A stretch of 64,000 bases of DNA. It comes from Auanema rhodensis (Eukaryota > Animalia > Nematoda). Under the pieces are notes generated by a model. The model searched no databases and was not told where the DNA came from. It was given only the letters and a program-made list of their open reading frames with translations. Below, piece by piece: positions 1 through 13,517 of the stretch (positions within the stretch are counted from its first letter, which is position 1; every line of letters starts with the position of its first letter). Made by a program: the position numbers and the translations under genes. The stretch lies in the NCBI GenBank assembly GCA_964057225.1, contig OZ059899.1:9920001-9984000 (forward strand), read 5' to 3'.

Positions 1-409
1 GATTTTTCTACGATTACATAAAACTCTCGTTTGATATACAAAAAGGAGAGGAATAACGTTTCCAGGATATCAATGATATCGAAACTAGTGATATTGTAGA
101 AAAATGTAATGTCAGCTCCATAGTTTTTCTCTTAATTTCTCTCATCACAATAGTCTTAGTTTTTTTTCATAAGAGTTTCTGAAATCTTAGTTGAACAAGG
201 CAGTATATATTTTTTTCTGGAATTCGAAAGCATTTGGGATGGAAATTAGAACGAAAAGAACTAGTTTTTTCTATTTTAAAACAAACAATAATAAACAAAA
301 TGAAAAGATTGTTAGATATCCAATTTAAACTTATACATTTACTTCGATAAAGAGCCTATTAGTTTGAAATTTTATGTCTTACAGTTCTCCAACAGAACAG
401 ACTGATCCT

Positions 410-654
410 GATTGCTCTATGATTACATAAAACTCTCGTTTGATATAAAAGCATATTGGATAGAAATTTCGAAAGCATTTTGGATGGAAATTAGAACGAA
501 AAGAACTAATTTTTTCTATTTTAAAACAAACAATAATAAACAAAATGAAAAGATTGTTAGATATCCAATTTTAACTCATACATTTACTTCGATGAAGAGC
601 CTATTAGATTGAAATTTTATGTCTTACAGTTCTCCAACAGAACAGACTGATCCT
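410..654 (+). repeat. Representative S monomer (245 bp)
   Basis: The head is followed directly by AAAGCATATTGGATAGAAATTTCG and then the shared tail. It lacks the GAATTC site present in L and T. Confidence 0.97.
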
Positions 655-1063
655 GATTTCTCTATGATTTCATGAAACTCTCGTTTGATATACAAAAAGG
701 AGAGGAATAACGTTTCCAGGATATCAATGATATCGAATCTAGTGATATTGTAGAAAAATGCAATGTCAGCTCCATAGTTTTTCTCTTAATTTCTCTCATC
801 ACAATAGTCTTAGTTTTTTTCATAAGAGTTTCTGAAATCTTAGTTGAACAAGGCAGTATATATTTTTTTCTGGAATTCGAAAGCATTTGGGATGGAAATT
901 AGAAAGAAAAGAACTAGTTTTTCCTACTTTAAAACAAACAATAAGAAATAAAATGAAAAAGATTGTTAGATATCCAATTTAAACTTATACATTTACTTCG
1001 ATAAAGAGCCTATTAGTTTGAAATTTTATGTCTTACAGTTCTCCAACAGAACAGACTGATCCT

Positions 1064-1473
1064 GATTTCTCTATGATTACATAAAACTCTCGTTAGAAAT
1101 ACAAAATAGAGAGGAATAACGTTTCCAGGATATCAATGATATCGAATCTAGTGATATTATAGAAAAATGTAATGTCAGCTCCATAGTTTTTCTCTTAATT
1201 TCTCTCATCACAATAGTCTTAGTTTTTTTTCATAAGAGTTTCTGAAATCTTAGTTGAACAAGGCAGTATATATTTTTTTCTGGAATTCGAAAGCATTTGG
1301 GATGGAAATTAGAAAGAAAAGAACTAGTTTTTCCTACTTTAAAACAAACAATAAGAAATAAAATAAAAAAGATTGTTAGATATCCAATTTAAACTTATAC
1401 ATTTACTACGATAAAGAGCCTATTAGTTTGAAATTTTATGTCTTACAGTTCTCCAACAGAACAGACTGATCCT
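1064..1473 (+). repeat. Representative L monomer (410 bp)
   Basis: Head, then a middle segment (GAGGAATAACGTTTCCAGGATATCAATGATATC...CTTAGTTGAACAAGGCAGTATATATTTTTTTCTGGAATTC), then the shared tail. Confidence 0.97.
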
Positions 1474-4400
1474 GATTTTTCTACGATTACATAAAACTCT
1501 CGTTTGATATAAAAGCATATTGGATAGAAATTTCGAAAGCATTTTGGATGGAAATTAGAACGAAAAGAACTAGTTTTTTCTATTTTAAAACAAACAATAA
1601 TAAACAAAATGAAAAGATTGTTAGATATCCAATTTAAACTTATACATTTACTTCGATAAAGAGCCTATTAGTTTGAAATTTTATGTCTAACAGTTCTCCA
1701 ACAGAACAGACTGATCCTGATTGCTCTATGATTACATAAAACTCTCGTTAGAAATACAAAATAGAGAGGAATAACGTTTCCAGGATATCAATGATATCGA
1801 ATCTAGTGATATTGTAGAAAAATGTAATGTCAGCTCCATAGTTTTTCTCTTAATTTCTCTCATCACAATAGTCTTAGTTTTTTTTCATAAGAGTTTCTGA
1901 AATCTTAGTTGAACAAGGCAGTATATATTTTTTTCTGGAATTCGAAAGCATTTGGGATGGAAATTAGAAAGAAAAGAACTAGTTTTTCCTACTTTAAAAC
2001 AAACAATAAGAAATAAAATGAAAAAGATTGTTAGATATCCAATTTAAACTTATACATTTACTTCGATAAAGAGCCTATTAGTTTGAAATTTTATGTCTTA
2101 CAGTTCTCCAACAGAACAGACTGATCCTGATTTCTCTATGATTACATAAAACTCTCGTTAGAAATACAAAATAGAGAGGAATAACGTTTCCAGGATATCA
2201 ATGATATCGAATCTAGTGATATTGTAGAAAAATGTAATGTCAGCTCCATAGTTTTTCTCTTAATTTCTCTCATCACAATAGTCTTAGTTTTTTTTCATAA
2301 GAGTTTCTGAAATCTTAGTTGAACAAGGCAGTATATATTTTTTTCTGGAATTCGAAAGCATTTGGGATGGAAATTAGAAAGAAAAGAACTAGTTTTTCCT
2401 ACTTTAAAACAAACAATAAGAAATAAAATAAAAAAGATTGTTAGATATCCAATTTAAACTTATACATTTACTACGATAAAGAGCCTATTAGTTTGAAATT
2501 TTATGTCTTACAGTTCTCCAACAGAACAGACTGATCCTGATTTTTCTACGATTACATAAAACTCTCGTTTGATATAAAAGCATATTGAATAGAAATTTCG
2601 AAAGCATTTTGGATGGAAATTAGAACGAAAAGAACTAGTTTTTTCTATTTTAAAACAAACAATAATAAACAAAATGAAAAGATTGTTAGATATCCAATTT
2701 AAACTTATACATTTACTTCGATAAAGAGCCTATTAGTTTGAAATTTTATGTCTTACAGTTCTCCAACAGAACAGACTGATCCTGATTGCTCTATGATTAC
2801 ATAAAACTCTCGTTTGATATAAAAGCATATTGGATAGAAATTTCGAAAGCATTTTGGATGGAAATTAGAACGAAAAGAACTAGTTTTTCGATTTTAAAAC
2901 AAACAATAATAAACAAAATGAAAAGATTGTTAGATATCCAATTTAAACTTATACATTTACTTCGATAAAGAGCCTATTAGTTTGAAATTTTATGTCTTAC
3001 AGTTCTCCAACAGAACAGACTGATCCTGATTTCTCTATGATTACATAAAACTCTCGTTTGATATAGAAGCATATTGGATAGAAATTTCGAAAGCATTTTG
3101 GATGGAAATTAGAACGAAAAGAACTAGTTTTTTCTATTTTAAAACAAACAATAATAAACAAAATGAAAAGATTGTTAGATATCCAATTTTAACTTATACA
3201 TTTACTTCGATGAAGAGCCTATTAGATTGAATTTTTATGTCTTACAGTTCTCCAACAGAACAGACTGATCCTGATTTTTCTACGATTACATAAAACTCTC
3301 GTTTGATATACAAAAAGGAGAGGAATAACGTTTCCAGGATTTCAATGATATCGGAACTAGTGATATTGTAGAAAAATGTAATGTCAGCTCCATAGTTTTT
3401 CTCTTAATTTCTCTCATCACAATAGTCTTAGTTTTTTTTCATAAGAGTTTCTGAAATCTTAGTTGAACAAGGCAGTATATATTTTTTTCTGGAATTCGAA
3501 AGCATTTGGGATGGAAATTAGAAAGAAAAGAACTAGTTTTTCCTACTTTAAAACAAACAATAAGAAATAAAATGAAAAAGATTGTTAGATATCCAATTTA
3601 AACTTATACATTTACTTCGATAAAGAGCCTATTAGTTTGAAATTTTATGTCTTACAGTTCTCCAACAGAACAGACTGATCCTGATTGCTCTATGATTACA
3701 TAAAACTCTCGTTTGATATAAAAGCATATTGGATAGAAATTTCGAAAGCATTTTGGATGGAAATTAGAACGAAAAGAACTAATTTTTTCTATTTTAAAAC
3801 AAACAATAATAAACAAAATGAAAAGATTGTTAGATATCCAATTTTAACTTATACATTTACTTCGATGAAGAGCCTATTAGATTGAATTTTTATGTCTTAC
3901 AGTTCTCCAACAGAACAGACTTATCCTGATTGCTCTATGATTACATAAAACTCTCGTTTGATATAGAAAAAGGAGAGGAATAACGTTTCCAGGATATCAA
4001 TGATATCGAATCTAGTGATATTGTAGAAAAATGTAATGTCAGCTCCATAGTTTTTCTCTTAATTTCTCTCATCACAATAGTCTTAGTTTTTTTTCATAAG
4101 AGTTTCTGAAATCTTAGTTGAACAAGGCAGTATATATTTTTTTCTGGAATTCGAAAGCATTTGGGATGGAAATTAGAAAGAAAAGAACTAGTTTTTTCTA
4201 TTTTAAAACAAACAATAATAAACAAAATGAAAAGATTGTTAGATATCCAATTTAAACTTATACATTTACTTCGATAAAGAGCCTATTAGTTTGAAATTTT
4301 ATGTCTTACAGTTCTCCAACAGAACAGACTGATCCTGATTTTTCTATGATTACATAAAACTCTCGTTTGATATACAGAATAGAGAGGAATAACGTTTCCA

Positions 4401-5355
4401 GGATATCAATGATATCGAATCTAGTGATATTGTGGAAAAATGTAATGTCAGCTCCATAGTTTTTCTCTTAATTTCTCTCATCACAATAGTCTTAGTTTTT
4501 TTTTCATAAGAGTTTCTGAAATCTTAGTTGAACAAGGCAGTATATATTTTTTTCTGGAATTCGAAAGCATTTGGGATGGAAATTAGAAAGAAAAGAACTA
4601 GTTTTTCTTACTTTAAAACAAACAATAAGAAATAAAATGAAAAAGATTGTTAGATATCCAATTTAAACTTATACATTTACTTCGATAAAGAGCCTATTAG
4701 TTTGAAATTTTATGTCTTACAGTTCTCCAACAGAACAGACTGATCCTGATTTCTCTATGATTACATAAAACTCTCGTTTGATATACAAAAAGGAGAGGAA
4801 TAACGTTTCCAGGATATCAATGATATCGAATCTAGTGATATTGTAGAAAAATGTCATGTCAGCTCCATAGTTTTTCTCTTAATTTCTCTCATCACAATAG
4901 TCTTAGTTTTTTTTCATGAGAGTTTCTGAAATCTTAGTTGAACAAGGCAGTATATATTTTTTTCTGGAATTCGAAAGCATTTAGGATGGAAATTAGAAAG
5001 AAAAGAACTAGTTTTTCCTACTTTAAAACAAACAATAAGAAATAAAATGAAAAAGATTGTTAGATATCCAATTTAAACTTATACATTTACTTCGATAAAG
5101 AGCCTATTAGTTTGAAATTTTATGTCTTACAGTTCTCCAACAGAACAGACTGATCCTGATTTCTCTATGATTTCATAAAACTCTCGTTTGATATACAAAA
5201 AGGAGAGGAATAACGTTTCCAGGATATCAATGATATCGAATCTAGTGATATTGTAGAAAAATGTAATGTCAGCTCCATAGTTTTTCTCTTAATTTCTCTC
5301 ATCACAATAGTCTTAGTTTTTTTTCATAAGAGTTTCTGAAATCTTAGTTGAACAA

Positions 5356-5428
5356 GGCCGCGTGGCGCAATGGATAACGCGTCTGCCTACGGAGCAGAAG
5401 ATTGTAGGTTCGAATCCTGCCGTGATCG
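5356..5428 (+). tRNA. tRNA-Arg-ACG: tRNA-Arg(ACG), copy 1, variant G70A (C3.A70 acceptor-stem mismatch)
   Basis: 73-nt cloverleaf with anticodon arm TCTGC-CTACGGA-GCAGA and T-arm GTAGG-TTCGAAT-CCTGC. The 3' end reads CGTGATCG rather than CGTGGTCG (A at 5425). Confidence 0.9.
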
Positions 5429-5432
5429 TAAA

Positions 5433-5439
5433 TTTTTTT
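5433..5439 (+). terminator. RNA polymerase III terminator (T7), representative
   Basis: TAAA then TTTTTTT directly after the tRNA 3' end. The same run occurs at 6451-6457, 7468-7474, 10783-10789, 13522-13528, 14375-14381 and 32171-32177. Oligo-T is the established Pol III terminator. Confidence 0.85.
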
Positions 5440-6373
5440 CATTTCACTTGTCATTCATAAAAATCGAATTTATCTTCTTCAACGATTTGTTTTGCAATGT
5501 GTCATAAGAATTTCATAGTTGAACAAAACGTTTTTTAAGAAGTTTTTTTGTTGTCAACATATATATTTTCCTGGAATTCGAAAGCATTTGGGATGGAAAT
5601 TAGAAAGAAAAGAACTAGTTTTTCCTACTTTAAAACAAACAATAAGAAATAAAATGAAAAAGATTGTTAGATATCCAATTTAAACTTATACATTTACTTT
5701 GATAAAGAGCCTATTAGTTTGAAATTTTATGTCTTACAGTTCTCCAACAGAACAGACTGATCCTGATTTCTCTATGATTACATAAAACTCTCGTTTGATA
5801 TACAAAATAGAGAGGAATAACGTTTCCAGGATATCAATGATATCGAATCTAGTGATATTGTGGAAAAATGTGATGTCAGCTCCATAGTTTTTCTCTTAAT
5901 TTCTCTCATCACAATAGTCTTAGTTTTTTTTTCATAAGAGTTTCTGAAATCTTAGTTGAACAAGGCAGTATATATTTTTTTCTGGAATTCGAAAGCATTT
6001 AGGATGGAAATTAGAAAGAAAAGAACTAGTTTTTCCTACTTTAAAACAAACAATAAGAAATAAAATGAAAAAGATTGTTAGATATCCAATTTAAACTTAT
6101 ACATTTACTTCGATAAAGAGCCTATTAGTTTGAAATTTTATGTCTTACAGTTCTCCAACAGAACAGACTGATCCTGATTTCTCTATGATTTCATAAAACT
6201 CTCGTTTGATATACAAAAAGGAGAGGAATAACGTTTCCAGGATATCAATGATATCGAATCTAGTGATATTGTAGAAAAATGTAATGTCAGCTCCATAGTT
6301 TTTCTCTTAATTTCTCTCATCACAATAGTCTTAGTTTTTTTTCATAAGAGTTTCTGAAATCTTAGTTGAACAA

Positions 6374-6446
6374 GGCCGCGTGGCGCAATGGATAACGCGT
6401 CTGCCTACGGAGCAGAAGATTGTAGGTTCGAATCCTGCCGTGGTCG
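6374..6446 (+). tRNA. tRNA-Arg-ACG: tRNA-Arg(ACG), copy 2, array-consensus sequence
   Basis: GGCCGCGTGGCGCAATGGATAACGCGTCTGCCTACGGAGCAGAAGATTGTAGGTTCGAATCCTGCCGTGGTCG. Acceptor stem GGCCGCG/CGTGGTC, A box TGGCGCAATGG, B box GGTTCGAATCC, ACG anticodon, discriminator G, no encoded CCA (eukaryotic type). Confidence 0.97.
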
Positions 6447-7192
6447 TAAATTTTTTTCATTTCACTTGTCATTTATAAAAATCGAATTTATCTTCTTCAA
6501 CGATTTGTTTTGCAATGTGTCATAAGAATTTCATAGTTGAACAAAACGTTTTTTAAGAAGTTTTTTTGTTGTCAACATATATATTTTCCTGGAATTGGAA
6601 AGCATTTGGGATGGAAATTAGAAAGAAAAGAACTAGTTTTTTCTATTTTAAAACAAACAATAATAAACAAAATGAAAAGATTGTTAGATATCCAATTTAA
6701 ACTTATACATTTACTTCGATAAAGAGCCTATTAGTTTGAAATTTTATGTCTTACAGTTCTCCAACAGAACAGACTGATCCTGATTTCTCTATGATTACAT
6801 AAAACTCTCGTTTGATATACAAAATAGAGAGGAATAACGTTTCCAGGATATCAATGATATCGAATCTAGTGATATTGTGGAAAAATGTAATGTCAGCTCC
6901 ATAGTTTTTCTCTTAATTTCTCTCATCACAATAGTCTTAGTTTTTTTTTCATAAGAGTTTCTGAAATCTTAGTTGAACAAGGCAGTATATATTTTTTTCT
7001 GGAATTCGAAAGCATTTAGGATGGAAATTAGAAAGAAAAGAACTAGTTTTTCCTACTTTAAAACAAACAATAAGAAATAAAATGAAAAAGATTGTTAGAT
7101 ATCCAATTTAAACTTATACATTTACTTCGATAAAGAGCCTATTAGTTTGAAATTTTATGTCTTACAGTTCTCCAACAGAACAGACTGATCCT

Positions 7193-7799
7193 GATTTCTC
7201 TATGATTACATAAAACTCTCGTTTGATATACAAAAAGGAGAGGAATAACGTTTCCAGGATATCAATGATATCGAATCTAGTGATATTGTAGAAAAATGTA
7301 ATGTCAGCTCCATAGTTTTTCTCTTAATTTCTCTCATCACAATAGTCTTAGTTTTTTTTCATAAGAGTTTCTGAAATCTTAGTTGAACAAGGCCGCGTGG
7401 CGCAATGGATAACGCGTCTGCCTACGGAGCAGAAGATTGTAGGTTCGAATCCTGCCGTGGTCGTAAATTTTTTTCATTTCACTTGTCATTTATAAAAATC
7501 GAATTTATCTTCTTCAACGATTTGTTTTGCAATGTGTCATAAGAATTTCATAGTTGAACAAAACGTTTTTTAAGAAGTTTTTTTGTTGTCAACATATATA
7601 TTTTCCTGGAATTCGAAAGCATTTGGGATGGAAATTAGAAAGAAAAGAACTAGTTTTTCCTACTTTAAAACAAACAATAAGAAATAAAATGAAAAAGATT
7701 GTTAGATATCCAATTTAAACTTATACATTTACTTCGATAAAGAGCCTATTAGTTTGAAATTTTATGTCTTACAGTTCTCCAACAGAACAGACTGATCCT
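7193..7799 (+). repeat. Representative T monomer (607 bp) containing tRNA-Arg(ACG)
   Basis: Matches L up to ...GTTGAACAAGGC, then 200 bp of tRNA body and 3' flank, then rejoins L at ATATATATTTTCCTGGAATTC. Other T monomers start at 5158, 6176, 10508, 13247, 14100 and 31896. Confidence 0.97.
7391..7463 (+). tRNA. tRNA-Arg-ACG: tRNA-Arg(ACG), copy 3, array-consensus sequence
   Basis: Identical to copy 2; intact cloverleaf and A/B boxes. Confidence 0.97.
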
Positions 7800-10705
7800 G
7801 ATTTCTCTATGATTACATAAAACTTTCGTTTGATATAAAAGCATATTGGATAGAAATTTCGAAAGCATTTTGGATGGAAATTAGAACGAAAAGAACTAGT
7901 TTTTTCTATTTTAAAACAAACAATAATAAACAAAATGAAAAGAATGTTAGATATCCAATTTAAACTTATACATTTACTTCGATAAAGAGCCTATTAGTTT
8001 GAAATTTTATGTCTTACAGTTCTCCAACAGAACAGACTGATCCTGATTTCTCTATGATTACATAAAACTCTCGTTTGATATACAAAATAGAGAGGAATAA
8101 CGTTTCCAGGATATCAATGATATCGAATCTAGTGATATTGTGGAAAAATGTGATGTCAGCTCCATAGTTTTTCTCTTAATTTCTCTCATCACAATAGTCT
8201 TAGTTTTTTTTCATAAGAGTTTCTGAAATCTTAGTTGAACAAGGCAGTATATATTTTTTTCTGGAATTCGAAAGCATTTGGGATGGAAATTAGAAAGAAA
8301 AGAACTAGTTTTTTCTATTTTAAAACAAACAATAATAAACAAAATGAAAAGATTGTTAGATATCCAATTTAAACTTATACATTTACTTCGATAAAGAGCC
8401 TATTAGTTTGAAATTTTATGTCTTACAGTTCTCCAACAGAACAGACTGATCCTGATTTCTCTATGATTACATAAAACTCTCGTTTGATATACAAAATAGA
8501 GAGGAATAACGTTTCCAGGATATCAATGATATCGAATCTAGTGATATTGTGGAAAAATGTAATGTCAGCTCCATAGTTTTTCTCTTAATTTCTCTCATCA
8601 CAATAGTCTTAGTTTTTTTTTCATAAGAGTTTCTGAATTCTTAGTTGAACAAGGCAGTATATATTTTTTTCTGGAATTCGAAAGCATTTGGGATGGAAAT
8701 TAGAAAGAAAAGAACTAGTTTTTCTTACTTTAAAACAAACAATAAGAAATAAAATGAAAAAGATTGTTAGATATCCAATTTAAACTTATACATTTACTTC
8801 GATAAAGAGCCTATTAGTTTGAAATTTTATGTCTTACAGTTCTCCAACAGAACAGACTGATCCTGATTTCTCTATGATTACATAAAACTCTCGTTTGATA
8901 TACAAAAAGGAGAGGAATAACGTTTCCAGGATATCAATGATATCGAATCTAGTGATATTGTAGGAAAATGTAATGTCAGCTCCATAGTTTTTCTCTTAAT
9001 TTCTCTCATCACAATAGTCTTAGTTTTTTTTCATGAGAGTTTCTGAAATCTTAGTTGAACAAGGCAGTATATATTTTTTTCTGGAATTCGAAAGCATTTA
9101 GGATGGAAATTAGAAAGAAAAGAACTAGTTTTTCCTACTTTAAAACAAACAATAAGAAATAAAATGAAAAAGATTGTTAGATATCCAATTTAAACTTATA
9201 CATTTACTTCGATAAAGAGCCTATTAGTTTGAAATTTTATGTCTTACAGTTCTCCAACAGAACAGACTGATCCTGATTTCTCTATGATTACATAAAACTC
9301 TCGTTTGATATACAAAAAGGAGAGGAATAACGTTTCCAGGATATCAATGATATCGAATCTAGTGATATTGTGGAAAAATGTAATGTCAGCTCCATAGTTT
9401 TTCTCTTAATTTCTCTCATCACAATAGTCTTAGTTTTTTTTTCATAAGAGTTTCTGAAATCTTAGTTGAACAAGGCAGTATATATTTTTTTCTGGAATTC
9501 GAAAGCATTTGGGATGGAAATTAGAAAGAAAAGAACTAGTTTTTCCTACTTTAAAACAAACAATAAGAAATAAAATGAAAAAGATTGTTAGATATCCAAT
9601 TTAAACTTATTCATTTACTTCGATAAAGAGCCTATTAGTTTGAAATTTTATGTCTTACAGTTCTCCAACAGAACAGACTGATCCTGATTTCTCTATGATT
9701 ACATAAAACTCTCGTTTGATATACAAAATAGAGAGGAATAACGTTTCCAGGATATCAATGATATCGAATCTAGTGATATTGTAGAAAAATGTAATGTCAG
9801 CTCCAAAGTTTTTCTCTTAATTTCTCTCATCACAATAGTCTTAGTTTTTTTTTCATAAGAGTTTCTGAAATCTTAGTTGAACAAGGCAGTATATATTTTT
9901 TTCTGGAATTCGAAAGCATTTGGGATGGAAATTAGAAAGAAAAGAACTAGTTTTTCCTACTTTAAAACAAACAATAAGAAATAAAATGAAAAAAATTGTT
10001 AGATATCCAATTTAAACTTATTCATTTACTTCGATAAAGAGCCTATTAGTTTGAAATTTTATGTCTTACAGTTCTCCAACAGAACAGACTGATCCTGATT
10101 TCTCTATGATTACATAAAACTCTCGTTTGATATACAAAATAGAGAGGAATAACGTTTCCAGGATATCAATGATATCGAATCTAGTGATATTGTGGAAAAA
10201 TGTAATGTCAGCTCCATAGTTTTTCTCTTAATTTCTCTCATCACAATAGTCTTAGTTTTTTTTTCATAAGAGTTTCTGAAATCTTAGTTGAACAAGGCAG
10301 TATATATTTTTTTCTGGAATTCGAAAGCATTTGGGATGAAAATTAGAAAGAAAAGAACTAGTTTTTCCTACTTTAAAACAAACAATAAGAAATAAAATGA
10401 AAAAGATTGTTAGATATCCAATTTAAACTTATACATTTACTTCGATAAAGAGCCTATTAGTTTGAAATTTTATGTCTTACAGTTCTCCAACAGAACAGAC
10501 TGATCCTGATTTCTCTATGATTACATAAAACTCTCGTTTGATATACAAAAAGGAGAGGAATAACGTTTCCAGGATATCAATGATATCGAATCTAGTGATA
10601 TTGTAGAAAAATGTAATGTCAGCTCCATAGTTTTTCTCTTAATTTCTCTCATCACAATAGTCTTAGTTTTTTTTCATAAGAGTTTCTGAAATCTTAGTTG
10701 AACAA

Positions 10706-10778
10706 GGCCGCGTGGCGCAATGGATAACGCGTCTGCCTACGGAGCAGAAGATTGTAGGTTCGAATCCTGCCGTGGTCG
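10706..10778 (+). tRNA. tRNA-Arg-ACG: tRNA-Arg(ACG), copy 4, array-consensus sequence
   Basis: Identical to copy 2. Confidence 0.97.
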
Positions 10779-13444
10779 TAAATTTTTTTCATTTCACTTG
10801 TCATTTATAAAAATCGAATTTATCTTCTTCAACGATTTGTTTTGCAATGTGTCATAAGAATTTCATAGTTGAACAAAACGTTTTTTAAGAAGTTTTTTTG
10901 TTGTCAACATATATATTTTCCTGGAATTCGAAAGCATTTGGGATGGAAATTAGAAAGAAAAGAACTAGTTTTTCCTACTTTAAAACAAACAATAAGAAAT
11001 AAAATGAAAAAGATTGTTAGATATCCAATTTAAACTTATACATTTACTTCGATAAAGAGCCTATTAGTTTGAAATTTTATGTCTTACAGTTCTCCAACAG
11101 AACAGACTGATCCTGATTTCTCTATGATTACATAAAACTTTCGTTTGATATAAAAGCATATTGGATAGAAATTTCGAAAGCATTTTGGATGGAAATTAGA
11201 ACGAAAAGAACTAGTTTTTTCTATTTTAAAACAAACAATAATAAACAAAATGAAAAGATTGTTAGATATCCAATTTAAACTTATACATTTACTTCGATAA
11301 AGAGCCTATTAGTTTGAAATTTTATGTCTTACAGTTCTCCAACAGAACAGACTGATCCTGATTTCTCTATGATTACATAAAACTCTCGTTTGATATACAA
11401 AATAGAGAGGAATAACGTTTCCAGGATATCAATGATATCGAATCTAGTGATATTGTGAAAAAATGTGATGTCAGCTCCATAGTTTTTCTCTTAATTTCTC
11501 TCATCACAATAGTCTTAGTTTTTTTTTCATAAGAGTTTCTGAAATCTTAGTTGAACAAGGCAGTATATATTTTTTTCTGGAATTCGAAAGCATTTCGGAT
11601 GGAAATTAGAAAGAAAAGAACTAGTTTTTCTTACTTTAAAACAAACAATAAGAAATAAAATGAAAAAGATTGTTAGATATCCAATTTAAACTTATACATT
11701 TACTTCGATAAAGAGCCTATTAGTTTGAAATTTTATGTCTTACAGTTCTCCAACAGAACAGACTGATCCTGATTTCTCTATGATTACATAAAACTTTCGT
11801 TTGATATAAAAGCATATTGGATAGAAATTTCGAAAGCATTTTGGATGGAAATTAGAACGAAAAGAACTAGTTTTTTCTATTTTAAAACAAACAATAATAA
11901 ACAAAATGAAAAGATTGTTAGATATCCAATTTAAACTTATACATTTACTTCGATAAAGAGCCTATTAGTTTGAAATTTTATGTCTTACAGTTCTCCAACA
12001 GAACAGACTGATCCTGATTTCTCTATGATTACATAAAACTCTCGTTTGATATACAAAATAGAGAGGAATAACGTTTCCAGGATATCAATGATATCGAATC
12101 TAGTGATATTGTGGAAAAATGTGATGTCAGCTCCATAGTTTTTCTCTTAATTTCTCTCATCACAATAGTCTTAGTTTTTTTTTCATAAGAGTTTCTGAAA
12201 TCTTAGTTGAACAAGGCAGTATATATTTTTTTCTGGAATTCGAAAGCATTTGGGATAGAAATTAGAAAGAAAAGAACTAGTTTTTCTTACTTTAAAACAA
12301 ACAATGAGAAATAAAATGAAAAAGATTGTTAGATATCCAATTTAAACTTATACATTTACTTCGATAAAGAGCCTATTAGTTTGAAATTTTATGTCTTACA
12401 GTTCTCCAACAGAACAGACTGATCCTGATTTCTCTATGATTACATAAAACTCTCGTTTGATATACAAAAAGGAGAGGAATAACGTTTCCAGGATATCAAT
12501 GATATCGAATCTAGTGATATTGTGGAGAAATGTAATGTCAGCTCCATAGTTTTTCTCTTAATTTCTCTCATCACAATAGTCTTAGTTTTTTTTCATGAGA
12601 GTTTCTGAAATCTTAGTTGAACAAGGCAGAATATATTTTTTTCTGGAATTCGAAAGCATTTAGGATGGAAATTAGAAAGAAAAGAACTAGTTTTTCCTAC
12701 TTTAAAACAAACAATAAGAAATAAAATGAAAAAGATTGTTAGATATCCAATTTAAACTTATACATTTACTTCGATAAAGAGCCTATTAGTTTGAAATTTT
12801 ATGTCTTACAGTTCTCCAACAGAACAGACTGATCCTGATTTCTCTATGATTACATAAAACTTTCGTTTGATATACAAAAAGGAGAGGAATAACGTTTCCA
12901 GGATATCAATGATATCGAATCTAGTGATATTGTAGAAAAATGTAATGTCAGCTCCATAGTTTTTCTCTTAATTTCTCTCATCACAATAGTCTTAGTTTTT
13001 TTTCATGAGAGTTTCTGAAATCTTAGTTGAACAAGGCAGTATATATTTTTTTCTGGAATTCGAAAGCATTTAGGATGGAAATTAGAAAGAAAAGAACTAG
13101 TTTTTCCTACTTTAAAACAAACAATAAGAAATAAAATGAAAAAGATTGTTAGATATCCAATTTATACTTATACATTTACTTCGATAAAGAGCCTATTAGT
13201 TTGAAATTTTATGTCTTACAGTTCTCCAACAGAACAGACTGATCCTGATTTCTCTATGATTTCATAAAACTCTCGTTTGATATACAAAAAGGAGAGGAAT
13301 AACGTTTCCAGGATATCAATGATATCGAATCTAGTGATATTGTAGAAAAATGTAATGTCAGCTCCATAGTTTTTCTCTTAATTTCTCTCATCACAATAGT
13401 CTTAGTTTTTTTTCATAAGAGTTTCTGAAATCTTAGTTGAACAA

Positions 13445-13517
13445 GGCCGCGTGGCGCAATGGATAACGCGTCTGCCTACGGAGCAGAAGATTGTAGGTTC
13501 GAATCCTGCCGTGGTCG
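13445..13517 (+). tRNA. tRNA-Arg-ACG: tRNA-Arg(ACG), copy 5, array-consensus sequence
   Basis: Identical to copy 2. Confidence 0.97.

Larger units (their letters stand above)
5158..7799 (+). repeat. T-L higher-order repeat (T L T L T), period 1017-1018 bp
   Basis: tRNA starts at 5356, 6374 and 7391. The intervening L monomers at 5765 and 6782 share variants AAATAGAGAG, TGTGGAAAAA and ATTTAGGATG. Confidence 0.9.

Noticed and set aside
342-358. CENP-B box-like motif CTTCGATAAAGAGCCTA
   Set aside because: It matches TTCG and the A of NTTCGNNNNANNCGGGN but lacks the CGGG half.
382-412. Relatively GC-rich tail block CAGTTCTCCAACAGAACAGACTGATCCTGAT as a structured RNA or invariant box
   Set aside because: Only a 5-bp hairpin (GTTCT/AGAAC). 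It tolerates variants (GACTTATCC, GATTGATCC, ATTAGACTG), and I recognise no 5S, spliced-leader or snRNA motif.
5356-5558. tRNA-derived SINE insertion
   Set aside because: The tRNA is complete and stops at an immediate T7 terminator. There is no poly-A tail, and all copies sit at the same monomer position, so they spread by tandem amplification.
5217-5576. TTCCAGGA...TCCTGGAA inverted pair around the T/L middle segment as MITE termini
   Set aside because: Only 8 bp, offset about 20 bp from the left boundary of the segment, imperfect in L, and no target-site duplication.
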